Shown here: piece after piece, positions 9,542-18,667 of the stretch
Layout: every line of letters starts with the position of its first letter
How positions within the stretch are numbered: position 1 is the stretch's first letter
Source of the DNA: Deltaproteobacteria bacterium UBA796
Lineage (GTDB): Bacteria; Myxococcota_A; UBA796
Direction: 5' to 3'
Length of the DNA: 35,239 nucleotides
Assembly (NCBI GenBank): GCA_002296975.1
Contig: DBIS01000275.1
Coordinates: 1 to 35,239 of the forward strand
The notes under the pieces: model-generated
What the model saw: the letters and a program-made list of their open reading frames with translations, nothing else
The model's database searches: none
Told to the model about the DNA's origin: nothing
Program-made: the position numbers and the translations under genes

Positions 9542-9567
9542 TGTTTATCGACACCGTACAGGTTTCA
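9486..9567 (+). promoter_or_regulatory. Anti-SD helix sequestering the cusC ribosome-binding site
   Basis: TGAGACCTGTAC (9486-9497, starting at the leader stop codon) pairs over 12 bp (one G-U) with GTACAGGTTTCA (9556-9567). The latter contains the AGGT SD-like element ahead of ATG 9571. Confidence 0.65.
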
Positions 9568-9570
9568 AAT

Positions 9571-10857
9571 ATGTCTCTTCGCACACCCGCTCACGTTTCG
9601 GCAACGCCGCCCGTGTCTTTGGCGTTCATAGCCTCCTTAATTTTTTCAACCGCTGCCTTCGCGGGCACCCTTAGCGCTGACACGCTCGTGGCTCAGGCCT
9701 TGGCGTCCAACCCCAGTGTTGAGATGGCCCGTCAGGCGGTCAACTCGGCCGAAACTCGGCCAGGGCAACTCAGCGCCTTTGCAGACCCGGTGTTTAGCTA
9801 TGAGTTGGCCCCAGGCAGCATCGGGAGCCCTCATGGGCAAGGCCGGGTGTTTCGTTTAAGTCAGCGAATCGAGTGGCCCGGTAAGGTAGCGTCACGCAAA
9901 AGCCGTGCCATGGCAGGGGCGTCGGCGGCACAAGCCGACCTCAAGACGGTTCAGCTTCAACTGGCCAAGCGGGCACGCTTGTTATTTTTGGAGCATTTTT
10001 GGCTCTCAGCGGCCCTGGCGATCAACGAAGAGGAGGCCGGTTTGCTGAGGGCTTCCCAAGCCAGCCGCGACATCGCTTATGAGTCGGGGCGTGGCTCGCA
10101 ATCTGACGCGCTGGAGGCCAAGCTCGCTTTGTCTCTTGTCTCTTCCACGCGCCTTGGTTTGCTCGGGGCTCAGGGGGCAGTGGTCGCCAAAATTAATGCG
10201 CTTTTACATCGGGATCTGGGGGCGAAGCTGTCTCAGGCCCCCACCCAACTCGGTGCGGTCTTGAGTTCTGAGGTCAAAGAATCGGCTTGGGTGGCCCGGG
10301 CAATTCGGTCTCGGCCCGAGCTTCAACGCCTGCATCATCAGGCCAACGGTCTCCGTTATGCGGTGATGGAACAACGTCGGTCGGCCATGCCCGATTTGGG
10401 CTTTTCGCTGAGTTACAGCACGATGTGGGCAAGCCCCGAGCATCGCCTCATGGCAGGGGCCTCGGTGAGCATTCCATTACATTTTGGACTGCGAAGGGCG
10501 GCGGTGGCACAAGCGAAAGCGGATTTGGCCACATCGGTCGCTGATAGGCAAGCTGAGGTCGACACTGTGGGCGCCGAGACGAGCGCAGCCTTCGCAGCCT
10601 TGGTCGCGGCCTCAGAGCAGGCGGCGTTGTTTAGTCTTGAGATTTTGCCCACCGCAATGGCGGTTCAGAATACGGTCGAAGCCGAGTATCGCTCTGGACG
10701 GGCATCTTTTTCGGCGCTGATGTCGGCGAGTCGGCAGTTGTGGCGCCTAAAGCTCGACCACGCCACTGCGGTGACCGAGAGTCATCGCCAATACGCGCTG
10801 TTGTTGGATGCGGTCGGTGTTTTGCCAAATGACCAAAATATGGGAGGTGCATCATGA
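9571..10857 (+). CDS. cusC: TolC/CusC-family outer membrane efflux protein
   Basis: Signal peptide ending TAAFA; ALASNP...; SQRIEWPGK; RPEL; SVSIPL; YRSGRASF. It is first in a C-B-A operon with an ATGA overlap to the adaptor. ATG 9571 is preferred over TTG 9541. Confidence 0.85.
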   Translation: MSLRTPAHVSATPPVSLAFIASLIFSTAAFAGTLSADTLVAQALASNPSVEMARQAVNSAETRPGQLSAFADPVFSYELAPGSIGSPHGQGRVFRLSQRIEWPGKVASRKSRAMAGASAAQADLKTVQLQLAKRARLLFLEHFWLSAALAINEEEAGLLRASQASRDIAYESGRGSQSDALEAKLALSLVSSTRLGLLGAQGAVVAKINALLHRDLGAKLSQAPTQLGAVLSSEVKESAWVARAIRSRPELQRLHHQANGLRYAVMEQRRSAMPDLGFSLSYSTMWASPEHRLMAGASVSIPLHFGLRRAAVAQAKADLATSVADRQAEVDTVGAETSAAFAALVAASEQAALFSLEILPTAMAVQNTVEAEYRSGRASFSALMSASRQLWRLKLDHATAVTESHRQYALLLDAVGVLPNDQNMGGAS

Positions 10858-12530
10858 GCCAAGTCGACACACAGTCGCGAAAGCGCGCGCTCAAGGTTGT
10901 TTTGGTCCTCATTATTGGCCTAATGGCCGGATTCAGAGGCCCGATTTTGTCGCTGTTTTCGGGTGAAGATCAACACCCTAAGCACCGGGCTTCAGTATTT
11001 TTCGATGCCGAAGATTACAAAACCCTTGAGGGGGTGTTTTCTGATACCGAGGAGGTTCGGGTTGCCCTCGCGGCCGACAAAACAGTCTCGGTTGGTGGTG
11101 TGGCCGCCCGGATTTCAGCGGCTTTATCCACGGTGGATAATCCCGCTGTGCAGGGCTCGATAAAGTCTGCCCATCATGCAGCAATGGCCATTGAAACCGA
11201 TGATATCGTCGCAGCCCGGAGCGCTTTTTCAGCGCTCTCAGAAGCGCTGTTTTCGCTCGCAGTCGCCGACCCACGGTTGCAGTCGGGGTGGCATGTTTTC
11301 CGGTGCCCGATGGCCGATGAATTCCCCAAGTGGTTTCAGGCGCCATCAGAAATGGCCAACCCCTATATGGGCACAGGGATGTTGATGTGTGGGGCCGCCG
11401 ATGTTTGGGCCGATGTGGAAAAACCAGCCGAGACGATAGATGATGGGGCGATCGCTCACTACACGTGTCCCATGCACCCGTCGGTAAAAGCGTCGGTGTT
11501 TGGGGCATGTCCGATTTGCCATATGGACCTGACCCCCGTCACCCACGAGCAACTCAACTCTGGTGACATCATCGTGGATTCGGTTCGTCGACAACGCATC
11601 GGTGTACGCACAGCGGTTGTGGAGCGCCGGTCATTGGAGCGCGACATCCGGGCGGTGGGTGAGGTGGTTTGGGACGAAGGCCGTGTTGTCGATGTCACCG
11701 CACGTGTTGAGGGTTTCGTCGAGGAAATGGTGGTCGACAGCGTGGGCGTGGCTGTGGTGCGGTCGAGGCCTTTGTTGCGCTTGTACAGCCCGGAGCTCCT
11801 CGCTGGGCAAACCGAGCTGTTGGCTGCACAAACCGGCTCAACTGTGGCGGCTTCGGTTCGCCGGCGATTGGCCTTGTGGGGGATGTCTTTGGCCGAAATT
11901 GACGCGGTGGTCAAGGCTGGGAAGGCCCGGGACCGGGTGGCCATTGTCAGCCCAATCTCGGGGGTTGTTGTCGATAAGGCTGTTAACGATGGCTCGCATG
12001 TGGCTGCCGGCGATTTATTGTACCGGTTGGTTGATCCTACCCAAGTGTGGGTCCTGGCCGAGGTGTTCGAGCAAGACCTGCAGTACTTAGTGGTCGGCCA
12101 AAACGTGAAGCTCAGCCTGCCTCACCAACCCGGATTCTCTTTGGTGGGTGAGGTGGCCCATATTCATCCGTCCTTGACCCCCGGAAGTGGAACAGGGCGT
12201 GTGCGTGTGGTGCTCGACAACACTGAGGGGCTGCTTCGGCCGGGTTTGTTCGCCAATGTGGACTTTCAGGTGTCCTTGGGCGAACAGCTTGTCGTGCCGG
12301 CTGACGCGGTCATATATACCGGGCCCAGACGCTTGGTTTTTGTGGACAAAGGCGAGGGCCGATTGGGGCCAGTCGAGGTGCAGATCGGTGCCAGAAATGG
12401 AGAATGGGTGGTAATTAAGGCGGGCCTCAGCCAGGGCGACATCGTGGTGTCATCAGGCGCATTTTTGCTCGCAGCCGAAAGTCGTATTCGCTCTGCGGCG
12501 GGCACATGGGAGTCACAAGATGCCCACTGA
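10854..12530 (+). CDS. cusB: CusB-type RND periplasmic adaptor with DUF3347-like and heavy-metal-binding domains
   Basis: FRCPMA...W...NPYMG..MLMCG (DUF3347-like), YTCPMHP...CPICHMDL (heavy-metal-binding domain), LYSPELLAGQTELL, SPISGVV, LRPGLF and GLSQGDIVVSSGAFLLAAES. Confidence 0.9.
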   Translation: MSQVDTQSRKRALKVVLVLIIGLMAGFRGPILSLFSGEDQHPKHRASVFFDAEDYKTLEGVFSDTEEVRVALAADKTVSVGGVAARISAALSTVDNPAVQGSIKSAHHAAMAIETDDIVAARSAFSALSEALFSLAVADPRLQSGWHVFRCPMADEFPKWFQAPSEMANPYMGTGMLMCGAADVWADVEKPAETIDDGAIAHYTCPMHPSVKASVFGACPICHMDLTPVTHEQLNSGDIIVDSVRRQRIGVRTAVVERRSLERDIRAVGEVVWDEGRVVDVTARVEGFVEEMVVDSVGVAVVRSRPLLRLYSPELLAGQTELLAAQTGSTVAASVRRRLALWGMSLAEIDAVVKAGKARDRVAIVSPISGVVVDKAVNDGSHVAAGDLLYRLVDPTQVWVLAEVFEQDLQYLVVGQNVKLSLPHQPGFSLVGEVAHIHPSLTPGSGTGRVRVVLDNTEGLLRPGLFANVDFQVSLGEQLVVPADAVIYTGPRRLVFVDKGEGRLGPVEVQIGARNGEWVVIKAGLSQGDIVVSSGAFLLAAESRIRSAAGTWESQDAH

Positions 12531-15500
12531 AAACACAGATTATAAGCGTATTATTCCGCGATTAATAAACGCGAGCGCTCGCAACCCGGTGATGACCATC
12601 GCCATCGTTTTGGCCATGGCTATATGGGGCTGGATGTCCTTAAGGGCGACCCCGCTCGATGCCATCCCGGACTTGTCGGATACCCAGGTCATCGTGCTTA
12701 CAGACTGGCCTGGCCGGAGCCCAGACCTGGTCGAGGACCAAGTCACCTATCCAGTGTCGACGGCCCTAATGAGCGCGCCGAATGTGGCCTATGTTCGCGG
12801 GCAGTCCTTTTTTGGGCTCTCCTTCGTAAACGTGATTTTTGAGGAAGGCACAGATTTATACTGGGCCCGAAGTCGGGTCTTGGAGTACCTCAACCAGGTT
12901 CAGGCCGAGCTTCCAGTTGATGCCAGGGCGACCCTTGGGCCTGACGCCACAGGCGTGGGCTGGGTGTTCATGTACGTGCTGCTCGATGACACCGGTGGCC
13001 ATGATTTGGCAGAGCTGCGTGCCATGCAAGATTGGAATATTCGCTATGCGCTCGAAAGCGTAGAAGGTGTGGCCGAGGTCGCTGCTGTGGGTGGCTATCA
13101 ACGGCAGTTCCAGGTCAACCTTGACCCCAATCGCATGTTGGCCCATGGGGTGAGTGTGGATGCGGTGGCCAAGGCCTTGGAGGAGTCCAACGCCGATAGT
13201 GGTGGGCGTACTCTCGAGATCGCCGGCCATGAACATATGATTCGTGGCCGTGGATATCTGAAGGGTCTGAGTGATATCGAGACGATCCCCATTCGGGTCA
13301 ACCAAGATGGCACGCCTTTGTTGATTCGGGATGTTGCGGAGGTGAGTTTTGGCTCCGAAGCCCGCCGAGGTTTGGCCGAGTGGAACGGCGAGGGCGAGGC
13401 CGTTGGTGGCATCGTTATCATGCGTCAGGGCGAAAACGCCCTCACGGTGATCAGTGCTGTGAAAGAACGGCTCGCCGAGGTTTCGGCCGGGCTGCCCGAG
13501 GGGGTGAAAATCGAGGTTGCCTATGATCGATCGGAATTGATCACCTCGGCCATCGACACCTTGGCCGATACATTGATCGAGGAGATGGTGGTCGTCAGCT
13601 TGATCATTTTCTTCTTTTTGCTCTCGGTCCGCAGTGCCTTGGTTCCCATTTTGACCTTGCCCGTGGCAGTGGTCTTGGCCTTTATTCCGATGATGCACCA
13701 AGGGCTCAGCGCCAATATCATGTCTTTGGGAGGCATCGCGGTCGCCATCGGTGCGATGGTGGATGCCTCGATTATTTTGGTGGAGAACATCCACAAACGC
13801 CTCGACGAAGACGGTGGAAAGCGAGACCGCTTAACGGTGGTGATCGATGCAATGGTCGAGGTAGGACCTTCGATCTTCTTCTCTTTGCTGGTGATCACCG
13901 TCTCCTTTTTGCCGGTGTTTTCTTTGACCGCCACGGAAGGGCGTTTGTTTAAGCCCCTGGCCTATACCAAGACCTATTCGATGGGTTTCTCTGCGGTGTT
14001 GGCCGTGACCCTGACCCCAGCCTTGGCGGCTTTGTTGATCCGTGGTGGCGTGGCGTCTGAGAGTGAGCACCCGTTGAGCCGATGGCTCAAGAAGGTTTAT
14101 GTCCCTGTGGTTCGGTATGTAGTGCATCACCGGGTGGGCGTGGTGGTGCTCGCAGTGCTCGCCATGCTTTTGACCATCCCCGCGGCCCTACAGTTGGACT
14201 CTGAGTTCATGCCTCCGCTCAATGAGGGCTCGATCTTGTACATGCCCTCAGCCCCGCCAGGAATGTCGATGACCGAGGCTGGAAAAATCGTCGGGACCAT
14301 GGACCGTCAACTGATGGAGATACCCGAGGTGGTCAGTGTGTTCGGCAAGATGGGGCGCGCCGATACCGCAACCGACCCGGCACCGTTGGGCATGGCGGAG
14401 ACCACGGTGGTCCTCAAGCCCCGAGAAGAGTGGCGTGAAGGCCTAACATGGGACGATTTGGTCGATGAGTTGGACGCTAAACTTCAATATCCTGGCATGC
14501 CCAATATTTGGTGGATGCCGATTCAAACCCGAACTGAGATGTTGGCCACAGGGATTAGAAGCCCCCTGGCTGTGCAGGTGTTTGGCGATGATTTGGCGAC
14601 CATAGAGAAAGCCGCGGTGGCCATTGAGGCTGCGCTATCGGGCTTAAGTCAGACCCGAAGTGTGTTCGCCGAACGGTCCACTGGCGGTTTTTACGTGGAC
14701 ATCGAGATCGATCGCCCTGAGGCAGCCCGGTACGGGGTTCGTGCAGCCCAAATAAACGCTGCGGTACAAACGGCGATAGGCGGGCGCAACATCACTGAGA
14801 TCGTTGACGGGCGGCAGCGGTTTTCGGTCAATCTTCGTTATGCCCGAGAGTTTCGGGACGACCCCAGCCAGTTCGATCGCATTTTGGTCGACACCCCCAG
14901 CGGCCATCCGGTGCCTTTAACGGCGGTCGCTGAGGTGAAATATCGCGGCGGGCCACCCATGATTCGCAGCGAGGACGGTCAACTCACAGGCTTTGTTTTT
15001 GTCGACCCGGGGGCCCAAGCCATCAGTGAATACGTGGCTCAAGCGAAGGCTATTGTGGCCAGTCAGGTCAAGCTCCCGCCAGGGGTACGCATCGAGTGGA
15101 CAGGGCAGTTTCGCTATATGGAGCGTGCGGCACAGCGGCTCACTGTGGTGCTTCCACTCACGTTGTTGATTGTCGTCTTCTTGCTGTATTTGAACACTAA
15201 ATCTATGGTCGAAACCTTTATTGTCCTGTTAGCAGTTCCATTTTCGTTGATCGGCGCTTTTTGGCTATTGTATTTTTTGGATTACAATATGTCGGTCGCT
15301 GTGTGGGTGGGCATGATTGCGCTGGCGGGCTTGGATGCCGAAACCGGTGTGGTGATGTTGCTGTATTTGAAAATATCGGAGCGCAGTGCAAAAAAGGCCG
15401 GTCAAATGCGGCATATGGCTGACCTCACAGAGGCGATTGTTGACGGCGCGGCGGGTCGGGTACGGCCCAAGTTGATGACGGTCATGACCACCATGTTGGG

Positions 15501-15666
15501 CCTGATGCCATTGTTGTGGAGCCAGGGCACGGGGGCGGATGTCATGAAGCGCATCGCAGCGCCCATGGTGGGTGGATTGGTGACCTCCTTCTTTTTGGAA
15601 TTGACGGTTTACCCTGCGGTTTTTGCCATATGGAAAGCCAAAAGTTTATCCAAGTCAGCCCAATAG
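12520..15666 (+). CDS. cusA: CusA/SilA-type heavy-metal RND efflux pump (Cu+/Ag+)
   Basis: LDAIPDLSDTQVIV, EDQVTYP, DLYWARSRVLEYL, GPDATGVGWV and GAMVDA. The Met triad contexts of CusA are retained (LYMPS, PLGMAETT, RTEMLATG). Confidence 0.96.
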   Translation: MPTENTDYKRIIPRLINASARNPVMTIAIVLAMAIWGWMSLRATPLDAIPDLSDTQVIVLTDWPGRSPDLVEDQVTYPVSTALMSAPNVAYVRGQSFFGLSFVNVIFEEGTDLYWARSRVLEYLNQVQAELPVDARATLGPDATGVGWVFMYVLLDDTGGHDLAELRAMQDWNIRYALESVEGVAEVAAVGGYQRQFQVNLDPNRMLAHGVSVDAVAKALEESNADSGGRTLEIAGHEHMIRGRGYLKGLSDIETIPIRVNQDGTPLLIRDVAEVSFGSEARRGLAEWNGEGEAVGGIVIMRQGENALTVISAVKERLAEVSAGLPEGVKIEVAYDRSELITSAIDTLADTLIEEMVVVSLIIFFFLLSVRSALVPILTLPVAVVLAFIPMMHQGLSANIMSLGGIAVAIGAMVDASIILVENIHKRLDEDGGKRDRLTVVIDAMVEVGPSIFFSLLVITVSFLPVFSLTATEGRLFKPLAYTKTYSMGFSAVLAVTLTPALAALLIRGGVASESEHPLSRWLKKVYVPVVRYVVHHRVGVVVLAVLAMLLTIPAALQLDSEFMPPLNEGSILYMPSAPPGMSMTEAGKIVGTMDRQLMEIPEVVSVFGKMGRADTATDPAPLGMAETTVVLKPREEWREGLTWDDLVDELDAKLQYPGMPNIWWMPIQTRTEMLATGIRSPLAVQVFGDDLATIEKAAVAIEAALSGLSQTRSVFAERSTGGFYVDIEIDRPEAARYGVRAAQINAAVQTAIGGRNITEIVDGRQRFSVNLRYAREFRDDPSQFDRILVDTPSGHPVPLTAVAEVKYRGGPPMIRSEDGQLTGFVFVDPGAQAISEYVAQAKAIVASQVKLPPGVRIEWTGQFRYMERAAQRLTVVLPLTLLIVVFLLYLNTKSMVETFIVLLAVPFSLIGAFWLLYFLDYNMSVAVWVGMIALAGLDAETGVVMLLYLKISERSAKKAGQMRHMADLTEAIVDGAAGRVRPKLMTVMTTMLGLMPLLWSQGTGADVMKRIAAPMVGGLVTSFFLELTVYPAVFAIWKAKSLSKSAQ

Positions 15667-15723
15667 CCAGATGCCTTTCGCCAGGTCATATCCAATGATC
15701 TGGTCTTGGTGTAAACTCGGGCC

Positions 15724-16113
15724 ATGCTTAAATTTGAACGATTGGTTTTTCTCGGGTTTTTAGGTTTGGTCGCTTGTGGCGGTGCCGAAGAGAAGTCGCC
15801 GGTGGACTCTGGGCAACCGTCCAGCTTGAGCCCGCCATGCGATGTGGCGGCAAGGGTGAACTACACCAACTTTGGCCAAGGTTTTTTGATTGAAAACTGC
15901 CAAGGCTGCCACGCCTCAAGCACCGCAAATCGCTACGGCGCACCCGAGGGCGTCAGCTTTGATGATGTGGACCAAGTGTGGCAGCACGCCGATCGTATTT
16001 TGGAGCGCTCGGTGTATTCGGAGTCCAATATGATGCCCCCTGCGGGTGGTCCGGATGTTGATGCGCTCACCCGTTTAGAGTGGTGGCTGCTCTGCGCTGA
16101 AGAGGGGACATGA
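15724..16113 (+). CDS. Small monoheme cytochrome c lipoprotein
   Basis: Lipobox LVAC, heme motif CQGCH and a distal MMPP (candidate axial Met). ATGA overlap with the next gene. Confidence 0.8.
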   Translation: MLKFERLVFLGFLGLVACGGAEEKSPVDSGQPSSLSPPCDVAARVNYTNFGQGFLIENCQGCHASSTANRYGAPEGVSFDDVDQVWQHADRILERSVYSESNMMPPAGGPDVDALTRLEWWLLCAEEGT

Positions 16114-17066
16114 GGCTGTTGGTTTTATGTTTGCTTGGTGGGTGTGGGGCCAAGGACACCGTGGGTACACCACCCGATAAGGCACCCAAGGACACCGATG
16201 ATCGGGTTTGGGGATGGGTAGACACCGGACTGCCGTCAAGTTCAGCGCCATTGAGTGTCGCTGAGCTTCAACCCTTGGTAGATGCAGCCTTCGAGCAGGT
16301 GTTCACCATGGACCCATCAATGGTTTACGCACCATTTTTGGCCATGGTCACCGAGATTGCGGAGGTGAATTGCCCCCGAGTAAACGAGCGGGCCGGCGGG
16401 CGTATTGATTTGGACGGCGACTGCACAACGGCCGATGGCACACGCTTGATCATGGAAGGCGTTCGTTATGATGTAAAGCCGCCACAGACGAACCCTGGTG
16501 GGGTCACCATCGCTGTTGATGGTTGGTTGTCTGGTGATGCCCTGGTCATCCGCCCCAATGGAGATCGCTGGGAGATGTCGCATTTGATAGTCAGCGATGA
16601 GCGGCAGTTGGCCAATGGTGTTCGCCGCTTTGAGGGTCGCTTGATCGGAACGATGAAAGCGGATCAAGTGGGCGGATGGGCGGCTCAGCGATTGAGTGCG
16701 GCTTTGGAGCAGACTTGGTACACCGGACCCGACGGGCTCACTCCCGGCGCATACTTGCTCGACGGGGGTGTGAGCGGATTCGAGCACCCACAGCTTGCTG
16801 GCTACAGTTTTAAGGACTTTTCCTTGGTGACTGAGGACAACGGCGGACTGTGTGATATCGAGCCGACTGGGAGCATCTCTGTGCGGGCTCATGGGGGGGC
16901 GTGGCACGATATCGTGTTTTCTGGACCAGACTCTTTCACGGAGACACCGGATTTGAGCGCCACCGACTGTGATGGTTGCGCCGAGGTCTTTTTTGGCGGC
17001 GAATCTCTCGGCGAATTTTGCCCTGACATTTCAGCGGCGCTGAACTGGGAGACGCGGCCATGGTAA
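16110..17066 (+). CDS. Hypothetical lipoprotein, beta-rich with paired Cys
   Basis: Lipobox LGGC, Gly/beta-strand-rich body and Cys residues (CP...C, C.IEP.G, CDGC...C). Translationally coupled on both sides. Confidence 0.7.
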   Translation: MRLLVLCLLGGCGAKDTVGTPPDKAPKDTDDRVWGWVDTGLPSSSAPLSVAELQPLVDAAFEQVFTMDPSMVYAPFLAMVTEIAEVNCPRVNERAGGRIDLDGDCTTADGTRLIMEGVRYDVKPPQTNPGGVTIAVDGWLSGDALVIRPNGDRWEMSHLIVSDERQLANGVRRFEGRLIGTMKADQVGGWAAQRLSAALEQTWYTGPDGLTPGAYLLDGGVSGFEHPQLAGYSFKDFSLVTEDNGGLCDIEPTGSISVRAHGGAWHDIVFSGPDSFTETPDLSATDCDGCAEVFFGGESLGEFCPDISAALNWETRPW

Positions 17067-18664
17067 AACAGGCCTTTTTATTGTTGGGTTGTTTTGGCTG
17101 TGGCTCGGCCAAAGAGGGTGAGGTCCTTTCAATCGAGGACACTCAAAGCCCGTCAGTTGAACATTTATCGGTGACTGCGCAGCTTGTTCGGGCCAGTATC
17201 GACACCCGCGGGGTGCGGCCATCTGTGTCGGAATTGAAGATCATCGCCGCAGATCCAAATGCATTGGGTGCGATGGTTGACGCTTTTGTAGACGACCCGC
17301 GCTGGGCAGCTCAGGTTCGCGATATGTACGGGTATACCTACCTTACTCGGACCGAGGGTTACTTCACCCTGGGCCAAGCGGTGGGTTTGGACTCTGCCCA
17401 GGAGCTGGGGCCGTTTACTTCGGCGATGGGCGAAGAGGCCTTGCGCATCCTCTCGACTGTCGCCGATGAAGATTTGCCCTGGACCACCATCGTTACGGCG
17501 GATTGGACGATGGCAAATGAGCAGACCGCGATGGCGTTGCCGGTCGACTATCCAGTGGGCGAAACCGGCTGGAAAAGGGCCCATTATACCGACGGCCGCC
17601 CTACCGCCGGGGTGTTGTCGGGCACCAATATGTGGATTCGTTTCACTTCGACAGTGTCCAATTTCAATCGAGGCCGGGCCAATGCCATCAGTCGATTGCT
17701 GTTGTGCAATGACTACCTTGAGCGCGAGATTGAGCTCGACAGGAGCCTCAATCTGATCGACGCAGAGGCGACGGCAGAGGCGATTAAAAGCAACCCGGGT
17801 TGCAATGCGTGCCACAGCAGTCTCGACCCTTTAGGCAGCAACTTGTTCGGCTTCATGCACATGCACGATGGGGCCATCGAGTTGACGACATACCATGGCG
17901 AACGCGAGAACTGGTGGAAGTACGGCACCCAAGCTGCGCCCGCGCTTTTCGGTACCCCCACGCAGGGTTTGTCCGGCTTGGGGACGGCCATCGCAGCGGA
18001 CCCTCGGTTTCGGAGTTGTGCTGTCGAGCAGGTCTTTTCTGGCTTGGTCGAAGCACCGAGCATTGAGGATACTGACCGGCTGTTGACCCACCTGGCTGAT
18101 TTTGAGGCTGGCGGGCTCACCTTGCGGGCTTTGGTGCGCTCTGTTTTGCGCTCTGCAGCATACCGGGGAGAGACCGGGGTGATGTCCAAGATGGTGCGCT
18201 CGGAGCAGTATGCCAGCCAAATCGAAGACCTGACCGGCTATCGGATGACCTATGTGGATTATGATCTTTTACAGAGCGACTTGATCGGCATTCGCTTGCT
18301 GGCGGGGGGGGTAGACGGTGTGAACGTCACCCAAGCGCCCATCAACCTCAACGCCACGATGGCTTTGGCCCATGAGCGTATCGCTGAGGCGGCGGCGTGG
18401 ACAGTGCTCGCCGCCGACCGTGCAGCCTTACTCGATGGCGGGACGCCTCGGCTATTCACCCATCTCAACCCGACAGATGTGCGGGCTCAAATCGAGTATC
18501 TTCACCAGCGCGTGCTCAGTCATGAGCCCGCTGAACACATCGCGGCCATCGACGACAGCGAGGCATTATTTTCTGAGCTGATGGCCATCAGCGATGACCC
18601 GGAGGCGGCTTGGTCGGCCTTGTTGAGTGCACTGTTCCGCGATCCTGATTTTCTTTTTTATTGA
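17060..18664 (+). CDS. Lipoprotein with DUF1549/DUF1588/DUF1585-like (PSCyt/PSD-type) segments and one heme c motif
   Basis: Lipobox-like LLGC/FGC, LVRASIDTRGVRPS, RGRANAISRLLLC, CNACHSSLDPLG, FRSCAV...LRALVRSVLRS and C-terminal PDFLFY. It lies immediately before a DUF1501 gene. Confidence 0.75.
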   Translation: MVKQAFLLLGCFGCGSAKEGEVLSIEDTQSPSVEHLSVTAQLVRASIDTRGVRPSVSELKIIAADPNALGAMVDAFVDDPRWAAQVRDMYGYTYLTRTEGYFTLGQAVGLDSAQELGPFTSAMGEEALRILSTVADEDLPWTTIVTADWTMANEQTAMALPVDYPVGETGWKRAHYTDGRPTAGVLSGTNMWIRFTSTVSNFNRGRANAISRLLLCNDYLEREIELDRSLNLIDAEATAEAIKSNPGCNACHSSLDPLGSNLFGFMHMHDGAIELTTYHGERENWWKYGTQAAPALFGTPTQGLSGLGTAIAADPRFRSCAVEQVFSGLVEAPSIEDTDRLLTHLADFEAGGLTLRALVRSVLRSAAYRGETGVMSKMVRSEQYASQIEDLTGYRMTYVDYDLLQSDLIGIRLLAGGVDGVNVTQAPINLNATMALAHERIAEAAAWTVLAADRAALLDGGTPRLFTHLNPTDVRAQIEYLHQRVLSHEPAEHIAAIDDSEALFSELMAISDDPEAAWSALLSALFRDPDFLFY

Positions 18665-18667
18665 GCG

